64,000 nucleotides of DNA from IMG/VR virus record IMGVR_UViG_3300036399_001951, positions 32,001 to 96,000 of that record; one strand, 5' to 3'. The stretch's first letter is position 1, and each line of letters starts with the position of its first letter. The stretch comes from a virus. The notes under the pieces were generated by a model. It searched no databases, was not told the DNA's origin, and worked only from the letters and a program-made list of their open reading frames with translations. Positions 26,594 to 37,206 of the stretch are shown here, in pieces. A program made the position numbers and the translations under genes.

Positions 26594-27171
26594 TACCAAT
26601 ATCCCGGATAAGTTTTTCCTCCCCAAAGATGAGCATATCTATTAATTCTACAGGCCCAATAGCCAGCCATCGTCCGATCCTTTTTTTCAGCACATCGATG
26701 TCGAGCTGCAAAACTTTTTCTAGCCTTTGGATTACTTACCTTTGCGCTTAATCCAGGGTCTCCAAACTGTATCTTTTTAATATTTCCAGTAGAAGGATTC
26801 TTAACGTATACTACGTATTTTTTAGATCCCCCACGCATAGGTCTTCCTAATTCAACTTCCCTGCCTTGATATTTGGCTTCTTCAATTGAAAAATCCTCTA
26901 GTGGCATATCTAACGCAACTTCAACTCCTTGATATATGCCAGTTTTACCAAGATCTGTGGTCTCAAATAAATAACCATCGAGCCTTCCTAATTCAAGAGA
27001 TCTCATTTCAAAAAGCATTCTGGCCTCTACTAATAGTTTAATATGAGCAGAGCTGCCCGGCCTATATACGGATTCAGTAATCGACATTCCTTGATCAACG
27101 TGATATTGCAAAGAATCTGAGATTTTAGATTCTCCTAGGTATCTGCTAAAGCTTTTAATTCTAGTTATCAT
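26593..27171 (-). CDS. Conserved phage protein with N-terminal tag
   Basis: KKYVVYVKNP..GNIKKIQFGD...RKSFAARHRC...GYWACR. Confidence 0.65.
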   Translation of the reverse strand: MITRIKSFSRYLGESKISDSLQYHVDQGMSITESVYRPGSSAHIKLLVEARMLFEMRSLELGRLDGYLFETTDLGKTGIYQGVEVALDMPLEDFSIEEAKYQGREVELGRPMRGGSKKYVVYVKNPSTGNIKKIQFGDPGLSAKVSNPKARKSFAARHRCAEKKDRTMAGYWACRINRYAHLWGGKTYPGYW

Positions 27172-28484
27172 TGTATTAATATTGTTTTATCATCTATCAC
27201 AGATCCTATTTTAAAAGATCCTCGATTAACTAAACAGTCTCTAAGTTCAGCTGAAATCATATTTTTTGGATCATTATCAATATAGCTCTTAGAAATAGTA
27301 TTATTGGTTCCGTGATATTTGCATTCAATCAATTTAGAATTTTTTATAAAATTAGATGCAATCACGTCGCACTCTTCTAATTTTGAATTCCTGATCTCAC
27401 ATGCATTAAATAGACAATTTTTAGCATCTGCCTCGACTGTACAATTATAGAACTCAATTCCTTCTATTACGACATTTTTATCTATCTTTGCTCCCTTTAC
27501 CTGAAGCATTTTTCTAGTGTTGTCCCAATTAATATCAGCAATGTGAACCCCTCCAAAAACAACTAAATCGAATATTTTTTCTCTAAAAACAGGATACGTA
27601 GATTCAATTAAAAATTCTTGAGATCTAAGATCGTGATATAGTTTAATGTTAGGATAATTTGACTTTAGGTTTAATGGATTTTTAGTACTATCTACTGCTC
27701 TTTTATATTCTTCAATTAATGAGTTTAATTTAGATCTTTCATTAATATCATAACTAAAGTTTTCAGATAAGGTATTGTATATTCGGTTTATGATAGAATT
27801 AATCGTCCCCTTTGCTTCAATTTTCCTTTTTTGATAATCTTTTCCGCCAATGTAGGTTATTTCAATTATACCTTCATTTATTTTATTAAACTGATGTCCA
27901 AAGAAATCCGACTCTGGAAAATTGAATTGGCTCGAATCTGCCTTTTCAATTATTGAATTTGAAATATACGAAGTATACGGATGCTTAGAATGAAAGTAGA
28001 AGTAATTACCCTGAGGTATTTTCTTTCTTTCAGTATCATCGGTGTTCCATGATTCTAAGATTTGATCTTCGTCCAGTCCAATTAAATACTTAAATTTATT
28101 TAATTTTGATATTCCAAATGGTAAATTTAGTTTATGTTCATTCATTGAGATGCCTACCGTGAGCTGACATCGATCATCAGTTTGACCAAAATGATCAATT
28201 ATATTCATACTTTGCAGCATTAATCTTATCGCGTCATGATATGGCAAAAGACCCGTTTCAAAAATAAAGGTCTTAGATGAATGAGAATATTTGTTGGAAA
28301 GCTTAAACACATCGGTGTTAGGTTTAAAAGATTCATCTACTCCTTTAAACCACTTTACTTTTTTGCCAGTATTGTTTGCAATCTTTGATGCCATGTCTCT
28401 TCTTCTGAGAGGAGACTTAAATTCAAACTTAAATGATAGGCTTGAATTTAAATAAAGGTCGCTTCGATCTAATCCAAATTCCAT
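27168..28484 (-). CDS. Degenerate amidoligase (COOH-NH2 ligase)-like protein with C-terminal beta-solenoid repeats
   Basis: Motif order FKFEF, FETGLLPY, TDDRCQLTVGIS, IEITYIGGKDY follows amidoligase motifs with key residues substituted. Confidence 0.5.
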   Translation of the reverse strand: MEFGLDRSDLYLNSSLSFKFEFKSPLRRRDMASKIANNTGKKVKWFKGVDESFKPNTDVFKLSNKYSHSSKTFIFETGLLPYHDAIRLMLQSMNIIDHFGQTDDRCQLTVGISMNEHKLNLPFGISKLNKFKYLIGLDEDQILESWNTDDTERKKIPQGNYFYFHSKHPYTSYISNSIIEKADSSQFNFPESDFFGHQFNKINEGIIEITYIGGKDYQKRKIEAKGTINSIINRIYNTLSENFSYDINERSKLNSLIEEYKRAVDSTKNPLNLKSNYPNIKLYHDLRSQEFLIESTYPVFREKIFDLVVFGGVHIADINWDNTRKMLQVKGAKIDKNVVIEGIEFYNCTVEADAKNCLFNACEIRNSKLEECDVIASNFIKNSKLIECKYHGTNNTISKSYIDNDPKNMISAELRDCLVNRGSFKIGSVIDDKTILIQ

Positions 28485-28616
28485 TTATTAGTCAATATCT
28501 TTAGATTATTTATCTAAGATTAATTGTATTTGATAAACAGTATTAAAATCAGTATAAATAATTCGCGATCCAATTTAATAATTTCGGTATAAATAATATA
28601 AATTACATCTAATATA

Positions 28617-30296
28617 ATGCCAAGTCAATTTTCGCCATATAAGATACTAAGCTCGTTTAAGGCAACAGTGGAGGATATTACTCTAGATACAATTAATTAT
28701 CTAACTGCCAGATTTAATCAAAGCAAGGCTGTATTTACGGCAGCTTCTCCATTTGGACAAATTTTAATTGTAATAGAGAATCTAACTCAATTAATATTCT
28801 ATTATATAGAAGATTCTATAACTGAATTGAATATAAATGAGGCAACTCGATTGACATCAATATATTCATTAGCTTCGCTCGCCGGGCATAATCCAAGTAG
28901 AGCAACTTCAGCCATTGGAGAAATATCCCTATCATTAGAAACGGATGAAACCGATCTTCCGGCAGATTATGTAATTATTTCAAATCTAACCAGATTAACA
29001 AGCGAAAACAACGGATTAATATATTTATTAGATTTACCCCAAGATCAAATAAAATTTTCTCTTAGAGGAGAAGATAATGGTCTTAAATTACAAATAAGAC
29101 AAGGGATTATAGAATCTCAAACGTTCACAGGGTCTGGGAAGCCATTGACTAGCTTTTCAGTTGCCAGCCCTCAAAGTTATTTTATAGATAATTTTTATGT
29201 AAATGTATATGTTAATGATCAAAAATGGAAAAGATATGAATCGATGTTAGATATTCCATTAAGTGCCCCTGGATTTATTATTAAAACAGGTATAACATCT
29301 GGATTAGATTTATATTTTGGAAACGGATCTTACGGATTAATTCCTCCTCCTGGATCAAAGATAACTGTTGAATATATAGTAACAGAAGGACCTGGCGGAA
29401 ATATTAAGACTACCAATACTTCGTCAGTCAATTTTTCTTTTGATGATACTGGATTTACTATTACTGGAGAAGAAGTAGATCTAAATAAATTTATTAAAAT
29501 TAAAACTGAAAATCCTCCTTATTTTGGAACCAATCCTGAAAGCGCAGATTTAACTAGATTAATTGCTCCAAAAAACTCTAAAAGCTTTGCTTTAGTTAAT
29601 CCAGATCATTATGAAATTGTTCTTAGACGATTAGGACTTTTTTCTTTGATTTCAATATATTTAGATCCGGTTGATGATAGAATGTTAAATTTATTTTTAA
29701 TACCTGATATAACTAGATCATTCAATACTCCGCAATCCTATTTTGGCGCAGATTTAGATATATTTAGAATGAGTCAATTTCAAAAGTCTGAATTGTTGAA
29801 ATATCTTGAAAAATCAGGAAGTAAATTAGTTTCAACTGACATTAAAATAATTGATCCTGTAATAATTAAATATGTAATTAATCTTAGTATAATCGTATTC
29901 GATGATGTTCCCGTAGAATTAATTAAATCCGATATCTATTCTTCTTTAGGTTTATATTTCATTAATAATACTCGAAGAAATAGAATTCCAAAAAGTGATT
30001 TAATTAAAATAATCGAAGAAGTAAAAGGAGTTGACTCAGTTGCAGTTACAATTGTAGGGGAATTAAATGAGGCAGCTAAGTCTGCAAATCCGGGAGCTGC
30101 TTTAATTGGATTAGATGATTATAATGATATTATAATTACAGACGGTCAGCTTCCAATAATTAGAGGAGGATTTAGTGACCGATTTGGAAACCAATATGCT
30201 TCTGGAATAGGACCTGTTGATCCTACTGGTGTATTAAATCCGCTAGGAGCAGTTAATATTAGAATAACTGATATTGTACCAAGACAATTAAATTAA
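28617..30296 (+). CDS. Baseplate wedge subunit (T4 gp6-like)
   Basis: EATRLTSIYSLASLAGHNPSRATSA, LYFGNGSYGLIPPPGSKITVEYIVTEGPGGN. Confidence 0.8.
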   Translation: MPSQFSPYKILSSFKATVEDITLDTINYLTARFNQSKAVFTAASPFGQILIVIENLTQLIFYYIEDSITELNINEATRLTSIYSLASLAGHNPSRATSAIGEISLSLETDETDLPADYVIISNLTRLTSENNGLIYLLDLPQDQIKFSLRGEDNGLKLQIRQGIIESQTFTGSGKPLTSFSVASPQSYFIDNFYVNVYVNDQKWKRYESMLDIPLSAPGFIIKTGITSGLDLYFGNGSYGLIPPPGSKITVEYIVTEGPGGNIKTTNTSSVNFSFDDTGFTITGEEVDLNKFIKIKTENPPYFGTNPESADLTRLIAPKNSKSFALVNPDHYEIVLRRLGLFSLISIYLDPVDDRMLNLFLIPDITRSFNTPQSYFGADLDIFRMSQFQKSELLKYLEKSGSKLVSTDIKIIDPVIIKYVINLSIIVFDDVPVELIKSDIYSSLGLYFINNTRRNRIPKSDLIKIIEEVKGVDSVAVTIVGELNEAAKSANPGAALIGLDDYNDIIITDGQLPIIRGGFSDRFGNQYASGIGPVDPTGVLNPLGAVNIRITDIVPRQLN

Positions 30297-30309
30297 ATAA
30301 ATTTGTACC

Positions 30310-30555
30310 ATGTTAAAAGATAGCATATATAGAGAAACTTTAAGTAGAAAGGATAGAAGAATAAATTTAGGATACGATTATAAAGATAATATAATGAAAA
30401 ATACTCTATCTTCTCAAATGTTTGGAATAAACGAAACATTAGATAGGTTCATTAAGTCGGCTAATGATTGTGTATATGAATGGATTGAAGCAGTTAAGAC
30501 CATTAAAGCATATGCGAATCCGGCAGTAGATAAGAACGACAATAAAATCAATTAA
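30310..30555 (+). CDS. Small hypothetical protein
   Basis: 81-aa ORF with a TAATG overlap into the next gene. Confidence 0.65.
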   Translation: MLKDSIYRETLSRKDRRINLGYDYKDNIMKNTLSSQMFGINETLDRFIKSANDCVYEWIEAVKTIKAYANPAVDKNDNKIN

Positions 30556-31277
30556 TGGCAAACGGAAAAATAAGTAAGGATAACAGAAAAATCCTTAAAA
30601 ACGAAATAGAAAATCTATTAAGTAGCATCAGTTCTGACAATGAGGATATGGTTCTAGATAATGAATTATCTAATGAGATTAGATCGGAAAGCCAATACGA
30701 CTTTGATCAAATGAGCGATCAATTTACTCAAAAGGCAAGAGAAATAACAGATTCTCTTTTTAAGAATTTTGTAGATATTGGAATATTTGAAAAAAATGAC
30801 TATGCTCGACATAAGAAAGAATTAGACACTATTAATATTTCAAATTTATTCTTTCAATTAAAAACTCTTAAAATATCCATAATGAAGATTATGGAAGAAA
30901 TAGCAACTGGAAATGTTCAACCTAGATTATTGGAGGTGATGGGTCAATTGCAGGATAAGATGGCAAACATAACTAAAATGCAGGCTAACTACATTCTTTT
31001 CTTAGAGGATACTTATAAAAAATTAAACAATGATGCCCCTGCAAATCCAGATTCTGCCCGCGTAGAATCCAGCGATATTGAAGGAAAATACTTTATCTCG
31101 GTTGGAACTAAAAATGTAATACAAAATCTACCTGATTCAGATATTTCAGATGATGGAGATGCTAATTTAATAGATCCAAATAATAAATTAAATTTGCTTC
31201 GTAAATCAGATATAGTGATTAATGAAGAAGAGAATAAGTCAGGCGAAGATTTCATTGATATTACTGAAATAATTTAA
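30555..31277 (+). CDS. Terminase small subunit (T4 gp16-like)
   Basis: PRLLEVMGQL resembles the gp16 PRxxEVxGQL motif; directly upstream of TerL. Confidence 0.6.
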   Translation: MANGKISKDNRKILKNEIENLLSSISSDNEDMVLDNELSNEIRSESQYDFDQMSDQFTQKAREITDSLFKNFVDIGIFEKNDYARHKKELDTINISNLFFQLKTLKISIMKIMEEIATGNVQPRLLEVMGQLQDKMANITKMQANYILFLEDTYKKLNNDAPANPDSARVESSDIEGKYFISVGTKNVIQNLPDSDISDDGDANLIDPNNKLNLLRKSDIVINEEENKSGEDFIDITEII

Positions 31278-31280
31278 GAT

Positions 31281-33257
31281 ATGAAAGATATAATGTCCAA
31301 TAGTGGAGGATATTCCACAACTCGGGTATCTGCTATAGGCGGAGACTCTAAGGACAATAATTATATCTGGACAACTGAGAAGATAAATCAATTAATTGAT
31401 GACATCAATAGCGGGGTAAAGGACGTTCGAAAATTAGGAATGTCTCCATTTAAAGATAATGATATAAACTTAAGAAGAGAAAATTTACCATTTGAATATA
31501 CTCCAGAAGAAATCGAAGAGATGTCAAAGTGTAAATCTTCCTTAATCTATTTTGCGTTAAATTATTGCGTCATTCAAACCAACAACGGTAGAATGATAGT
31601 AAAGGACGCAGGAGGTCTTAGAGACTTTCAAAATCAGATTTTAAAAGCGTATAAAGATAACAATCTCAATATATTAATGGCAAGTCGTCAAACTGGTAAA
31701 ACAGTAACCTCTGCCATTTTTATTCTATGGTTTCTACTATTTCATCCCGATAAAACTGCTCTATGCGTAGCAGATAATTTTACAACCACTAAAGAATTAA
31801 TAGATAAATTTAAAATCAGTTTAGAAGGTCTTCCGTTCTTTATGAAGCCTGGGATTGATGTTGTTAATGCAAGTAATGTAAAATTCGATTCAAATAGTAG
31901 ATTAGTAGGACGAACAACAACTAAAAAATCAGGTATTGGTCTATCAGTTAACTTATTATATATAGATGAGTTTGCTCACATTAACGAAGCTAACTTAGAT
32001 GAATTTTATCGAGCAATTTTTCCAACAGTAACAGCTGACCCTAACGGTAGAATAATCATAACGTCTACCCCTAATGGTAAAAATAAATTCTGGGAAATAT
32101 GGACAGATGCAATAGGCAAAAAATCAAGCTTTTATCCTTTAAGAGTTGACTGGTGGCAGATTGCAGGTCGTGATGAAGAATGGAAAAAAAGGAAAATTGC
32201 AGATCTTGGATCAGAAGAAGATTTCAATCAGGAATATGGCCTACAGTTCTATTCTTCAGACAAATTACTTCTAAATTCAAAGGATCTAAGAAAATTAGAT
32301 ATTATTAAACAAGGATACGAGAATGTAAATTTAATATTACAGGAGGATCTATTTGATTACAATCAATATATTTTCTTCCATCGAAATTATCTAAATAGAA
32401 CAGTCTCAGATTTTAAACAGGATCTAACTAATTATGTATTTAGCATTGATACTGCAGATGGAATCGGAGGAGACTACTCGGTTCTTAATATCTATAAAGC
32501 AGTTCCTTTGCCAGTTAGGGAATTGAGTAAAAAGATAAACATTGTAAAAAATGAGGTCGATGCAGTTTCGCTAGTTCAAATTGGATATTTTAGATCTAAT
32601 CAAGTTGATATTAACGAATTTTCAGTAGTGTGCGAACATATTATATATGAAATATTCAATACTGATCAAACTAGAATTGTACTGGAATTAAATCACAAGG
32701 GGGACATCTTATTAAACCGATTTAAGGAAAATGATAAATATTGGCCCGGACAGATGGTACATACTAAGCATACTCAGGCAGCACTCTCATTTAAACCTGG
32801 TCTAAGATTAGGTCCAACTAACAAAATTAAATATTGTGAGAAGTTTAAATATCTAGTTGCAATTGACCGAATTATTCCAAATGATTGGATAACGGTTTCT
32901 GAGCTTGGATCTTTTGGAAAATCTAAAGGTGGTTTATATAGAGGACAAAACGGAACAGATGATATGGCAATGACGTCAGTTAACATGTCCTCAATATTTG
33001 AATCGAGTCAATTTTGGGAAATTGCCGTTGAAACCTTTGAGAGAGCACCATCTGAATATCTTAAAGAAGTAGAGGAAAAAATATTTAACGTTCATAGAAA
33101 TAATGGAAAGTCTTCTCTATATGATTATGATGAGATTAGAAGAATGAACACTGATACGTATACAGCAGCAAGTGGTAAAACTATTAAAAGAAACGTATTT
33201 GATATTGAGACCCAAGATCAGATAGAAAAAATAAAAAACAGATTCTTTAAATCTTAA
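31281..33257 (+). CDS. terL: Terminase large subunit (T4 gp17-like)
   Basis: LRDFQ, ASRQTGKT (Walker A), LYIDEFAH (Walker B), ITSTPNG, IDTADG..GDYS, DDMAM. Confidence 0.95.
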   Translation: MKDIMSNSGGYSTTRVSAIGGDSKDNNYIWTTEKINQLIDDINSGVKDVRKLGMSPFKDNDINLRRENLPFEYTPEEIEEMSKCKSSLIYFALNYCVIQTNNGRMIVKDAGGLRDFQNQILKAYKDNNLNILMASRQTGKTVTSAIFILWFLLFHPDKTALCVADNFTTTKELIDKFKISLEGLPFFMKPGIDVVNASNVKFDSNSRLVGRTTTKKSGIGLSVNLLYIDEFAHINEANLDEFYRAIFPTVTADPNGRIIITSTPNGKNKFWEIWTDAIGKKSSFYPLRVDWWQIAGRDEEWKKRKIADLGSEEDFNQEYGLQFYSSDKLLLNSKDLRKLDIIKQGYENVNLILQEDLFDYNQYIFFHRNYLNRTVSDFKQDLTNYVFSIDTADGIGGDYSVLNIYKAVPLPVRELSKKINIVKNEVDAVSLVQIGYFRSNQVDINEFSVVCEHIIYEIFNTDQTRIVLELNHKGDILLNRFKENDKYWPGQMVHTKHTQAALSFKPGLRLGPTNKIKYCEKFKYLVAIDRIIPNDWITVSELGSFGKSKGGLYRGQNGTDDMAMTSVNMSSIFESSQFWEIAVETFERAPSEYLKEVEEKIFNVHRNNGKSSLYDYDEIRRMNTDTYTAASGKTIKRNVFDIETQDQIEKIKNRFFKS

Positions 33258-33300
33258 TTAGGATTGTGGTATAATTAATTTACGATTAATACTGTTCAAC

Positions 33301-33609
33301 ATGAGTAAATTACAATTTCACGGAAAGCTAACGGTAGAACAATTATTTGTTCAATATCGATGGCAAATTTATGATAACATTATAAAATCTATAGAAAATA
33401 ATTATAACGATTCTAAGATTGAAAAAATTGAAATTGTTGAAATTAGTACAGGTGATACTAAATATCCCATAATTTTATCTAGAGATAAATTCGTAGAATG
33501 GCTAAATCGGTGCATTGAATTCTTCGAAGAGTTAGAGGAGTATGAAAAGTGTCAAACTTGTATAAATATCATTCGTGATATAAATAAAAATAATGTAAAA
33601 GCTAACTAA
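33301..33609 (+). CDS. Hypothetical protein with a C-terminal UVR-like helical hairpin
   Basis: IEFFEELEEYEKCQTCINII. Confidence 0.6.
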   Translation: MSKLQFHGKLTVEQLFVQYRWQIYDNIIKSIENNYNDSKIEKIEIVEISTGDTKYPIILSRDKFVEWLNRCIEFFEELEEYEKCQTCINIIRDINKNNVKAN

Positions 33610-33613
33610 AAAC

Positions 33614-34243
33614 ATGGGATTTGAAACAACTAACCAACAAGCAAATGAAAGAATTAATTACATTGCATCGAAATTTCAAGATTGTTCGATAACTGAAAGA
33701 CAAAAGAATGAGCTTGTCGAATTAATTTATCCAAAATTAAAGTATTTTGTGTGGACCTTTTGTAGAAATGATGATGATACAGTAGAGGCTCTTCAGTGGT
33801 CTTTAAAAAAAATATTTAAAAATATAGATAAATTTGATTTTAATAAGGCCAAGTTTACAACTTGGATTTATACAATTACTCGTAACGAGACCCTTTTTTA
33901 TCTCTACAAAAAGAATCAGCATCCTACTGTGAGCCTAGAATATATGGGCAGCGGTGGAGATATTTCAATTGAATATGACTCAGACGGAGTTCAGTCCGAA
34001 ATAGACCATCTGTATTCTGAGACAGTATCGGCAATAAATCAAATCGAAGACTCTACTCTTAGAAATATAGCAATTGATAAGATGATAAAGAATGAAAAGA
34101 TTAAGGAGATATCTGTAAAATACGATATAAACGAAAATACAGTTAAAACCAAGCTTAGGAAAATTAGAATTGACGTAAGGGATAACGTACTTTTAAAGAA
34201 TCCTGAATTTAAAGAAACACTAAACCATATATTTGACATATGA
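33614..34243 (+). CDS. RNA polymerase sigma factor, ECF-like
   Basis: Region 2 IDKFDFNKAKFTTWIYTITRN; region 4 IKEISVKYDINENTVKTKLRKIR. Confidence 0.85.
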   Translation: MGFETTNQQANERINYIASKFQDCSITERQKNELVELIYPKLKYFVWTFCRNDDDTVEALQWSLKKIFKNIDKFDFNKAKFTTWIYTITRNETLFYLYKKNQHPTVSLEYMGSGGDISIEYDSDGVQSEIDHLYSETVSAINQIEDSTLRNIAIDKMIKNEKIKEISVKYDINENTVKTKLRKIRIDVRDNVLLKNPEFKETLNHIFDI

Positions 34244-34704
34244 AAATTAAAGACTACATTTATCCTTCTCGAGTTTTAAATAGATATCGAGAATATTCTA
34301 AAATCAGAAAATATAGAAAGATCTATATCAAGATTGTAGATAATCTTGAAAGCACAGGTAAACTCCAAGAAATGGGAATTACTCGCCAAAATAAATTTCT
34401 TCTTTTAGGAATTAATTTAAACGAGCAGATTTTAACTTATGATGAACTTACAATTGAACCTGCAGAATTAAGATATGTGGGAGATAAGCTTAAAAAGTAT
34501 ACTGATTTTTTGCAAAAAGAAGGCATATTGGATTCAATTTTTGTAGATTATGAAAGAGTCAAAACTGAAGATTACTATGGATATATCATTCAAATAAAAT
34601 TTGAAGATAGAAAATATAACCAGAGAGATTATATCTATAGCGTATCATATCTTTTTGGAATTCCAACCTTAATAATAGGTTCTTTAGCTCTCATTTTTAT
34701 TTAA
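34240..34704 (+). CDS. Hypothetical protein with C-terminal transmembrane anchor
   Basis: Hydrophobic end YLFGIPTLIIGSLALIFI. Confidence 0.65.
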   Translation: MKIKDYIYPSRVLNRYREYSKIRKYRKIYIKIVDNLESTGKLQEMGITRQNKFLLLGINLNEQILTYDELTIEPAELRYVGDKLKKYTDFLQKEGILDSIFVDYERVKTEDYYGYIIQIKFEDRKYNQRDYIYSVSYLFGIPTLIIGSLALIFI

Positions 34705-34745
34705 CTTCTTTTATTTTTTTAAAATAAATAATAAAAAGAACTCAT

Positions 34746-35057
34746 ATGAACATCAAAGAATTTATTAATAAATGGGTATGGCAGATCTTAGCTGCCCTAT
34801 TTTTTCTATTATATTTAGGAAAAGGGTGCACCAGTAGCAAAGTATCTAAAATAGAAGACAAATCAGATAGATTAGAAGCAAAGATTGATTCCCTATCTAC
34901 TGTTGTTTCTAACTTAGATAAGAAAACTTCCTCTCAAAAGGAAATAAAAGACGCACTTGAATTGGTAATGCTAGACTACCTGATATATGAAGATGATTTA
35001 GATAAAGGAAAAACTAGTCTATCTAAAATAAAAGATAAAATAGAATCAAATGATTAA
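34746..35057 (+). CDS. Membrane-anchored coiled-coil protein, possible lipoprotein/spanin component
   Basis: Hydrophobic N-terminus ending LGKGC, followed by heptad-like region. Confidence 0.5.
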   Translation: MNIKEFINKWVWQILAALFFLLYLGKGCTSSKVSKIEDKSDRLEAKIDSLSTVVSNLDKKTSSQKEIKDALELVMLDYLIYEDDLDKGKTSLSKIKDKIESND

Positions 35058-35685
35058 TTGGTTAAAAAGAAATAAGAATCTAATAATTCAAAATTCATTT
35101 TTGCTTCCAATATTGTTGGTAGTAATTATGTCAATTAGCCATGTAGTTAGCTGGTATGATTTAGGTAATCCTATAAGCTGGGCAATCTATCTCTCTATTG
35201 CAATAGAAATTTTTGCATTAGCTTCAGTTTCAGCAGCAACTATAAAGATAAATCGCGCCTCAATTTGGTTTCTATTTGGCCTAGTGACTTGCATTCAAAT
35301 CATAGGAAACATCTTCTTTGAATACAAAGATATAAATGTAAACGGTCAAGATTTCCTATCCTGGGTTGAATTAATAAAGCCATTTTTTGAAGACTGGGAT
35401 AATACTGATCATCGAAGACTATTGGCAATAATTCAAGGAGGTACTCTTCCGATGATGTCGCTTACTGCCCTTCACTATTACATTAAATTTACCGATCAGA
35501 TTTTAGAATCAAATAGTAAGGATCCAGATGATACAGAAGAGGATTTAGCACAGGTAGATACACCTACAGATATAGAACCTGAAGATTATTCAAATGATGA
35601 AGATAAAATTGAAAAAAATATTCAACCCGAGCCTATATTTAAGGCCGGAAGAGTAAATCCTAAATTTGCTAGGCTTAAAAAATAA
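35050..35685 (+). CDS. Multi-pass membrane protein
   Basis: About four hydrophobic segments and an acidic tail. Confidence 0.65.
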   Translation: MINWLKRNKNLIIQNSFLLPILLVVIMSISHVVSWYDLGNPISWAIYLSIAIEIFALASVSAATIKINRASIWFLFGLVTCIQIIGNIFFEYKDINVNGQDFLSWVELIKPFFEDWDNTDHRRLLAIIQGGTLPMMSLTALHYYIKFTDQILESNSKDPDDTEEDLAQVDTPTDIEPEDYSNDEDKIEKNIQPEPIFKAGRVNPKFARLKK

Positions 35686-35697
35686 TAAATAATACAG

Positions 35698-36228
35698 ATG
35701 CTACCCTTAATAAACAATATATGCGATTGCTGTGATAATAATCAATCAATCCTACAATTATTTGAAGATAAATGTCTCAAAATAGTAGAAGGGGCAAATA
35801 TTGTCGGGTCGTTCTGTATTAACGATTTTGCGTTTCCAGTAGATAGTCATTCTTGTATAAATTATAACCTAAGTTCAGGAGAAGAATATACTATGTTTGA
35901 CAATGGAATATTAACGACAGGATCTCCATCACTAGATTTAATATCTGGAAATCTATATGTTAGAGGAATAATGATTAAAATTGTCTATCCTACTAACGAT
36001 GATAATGGTGAAGAAATTTCTATCGTGGATAAGAATGTTGAATTATGGATCGAAGATGCCGAAACTTTAGAATATAAAAGATATTATTTATACAATCTAT
36101 TTACTATGTTTACGAATCCTAAATCAAATGATCCAAAGACTTTAATAAATAAAATAAAAGTAATTAATCCGAATGCTGATTATAAGATTAAATTAATTGG
36201 ATTAATTACTTATGGAAAAGCCCAATAA
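35698..36228 (+). CDS. Hypothetical protein, probably structural
   Basis: 176-aa ORF after a late-type motif. Confidence 0.6.
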   Translation: MLPLINNICDCCDNNQSILQLFEDKCLKIVEGANIVGSFCINDFAFPVDSHSCINYNLSSGEEYTMFDNGILTTGSPSLDLISGNLYVRGIMIKIVYPTNDDNGEEISIVDKNVELWIEDAETLEYKRYYLYNLFTMFTNPKSNDPKTLINKIKVINPNADYKIKLIGLITYGKAQ

Positions 36229-36240
36229 ATTAATAGATAT

Positions 36241-36669
36241 ATGAACACTAATATCCCTACAGAAATTTTTGAAATACACCCAGCATCATCTGCCAGTCCA
36301 GAATTGTCATATGGTCCAGTTTGGATTAGCACTGATCGCAGAGAGCAGGATCCTAACAAAACTACCCTCAAGTACTCTCAAATAGGAGGACCTAAGGCAT
36401 CCGATAAGATCGGAAATGCACATGGACCTATTTTTAGAATAGAGGTATTAAGCGCAACTGCTTCCTATATCAAGGTTTGGGGATTAGACAATGACGATAT
36501 TAATGCTCCGGTATATCCAATTACTAGATTTACAGCAGCAGGAGCCAGTCCATATCTAGATATATGGCTTAAGAAATTTGAATTCACTAATTCCGCAGGT
36601 GATCCGGTTTCTCCTGGAACTTATAAAGTAATTGGTCATAGAAAAAGAAACTATCCTGCAGTATTCTAA
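36241..36669 (+). CDS. Hypothetical protein, probably structural
   Basis: 142-aa ORF in the operon. Confidence 0.6.
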   Translation: MNTNIPTEIFEIHPASSASPELSYGPVWISTDRREQDPNKTTLKYSQIGGPKASDKIGNAHGPIFRIEVLSATASYIKVWGLDNDDINAPVYPITRFTAAGASPYLDIWLKKFEFTNSAGDPVSPGTYKVIGHRKRNYPAVF

Positions 36670-37139
36670 TGAAGAGACTAAATGAACAGAGCAGCACTGT
36701 AACTGGGTTCCAAAGTAGGGACTACATGAGAGGCCTGCCGTTCTATGGTCAAAAGGGAGATTTTAATTTCGTTACCGGTCGAAGCCAATTTACCCCAGGA
36801 GTATCAATTAAGCAAGTTCCATTAAGCGATATGTCTAGGAGCGGTGATCCTGGAGTGAGCGAGTTTGATCGAAATGTAAATATCATAAGATACAATTATA
36901 AACCAGGAGACAGGGTCAGGGGAATTCTAGTGAATTCTCAAATTAAAAATAAAGGAGGAAAAATGGTAGTCGGTAGACTATTAGAAGTAAAGGTAGACCG
37001 TAGAAATAACACAATCAAAGCCTTTATAAAAGATCCTAAGACTCTACAAAAGAAAGAAATCTATATCGATACGATGGAGCGCTTATATGAATCTAATTCA
37101 TTTAAAGCAATGACGTTCGCTCAGTTTATTGGATCTTAA
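36669..37139 (+). CDS. Hypothetical protein with SH3-like core and tag motifs
   Basis: MKRLNE start, YKPGDRVRG, C-terminal LYES..KAMTFAQF. Confidence 0.6.
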   Translation: MKRLNEQSSTVTGFQSRDYMRGLPFYGQKGDFNFVTGRSQFTPGVSIKQVPLSDMSRSGDPGVSEFDRNVNIIRYNYKPGDRVRGILVNSQIKNKGGKMVVGRLLEVKVDRRNNTIKAFIKDPKTLQKKEIYIDTMERLYESNSFKAMTFAQFIGS

Positions 37140-37206
37140 TCTAGCAAAATATATTAATTGCAAAACCTTTTTATTTTTTTTTATATAAAATAAAAAAGAT
37201 CATCCT

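Noticed and set aside
26594-26626. Longer start for the CphA-like ORF given in the ORF track
   Set aside because: It overlaps the upstream gene; ATG 26593 gives TAATG coupling and places the tag at the N-terminus
31281-33257. Intein or intron in the large terminase
   Set aside because: The motifs are collinear in one ORF, with no intein C/S...HN ends or homing endonuclease motifs seen
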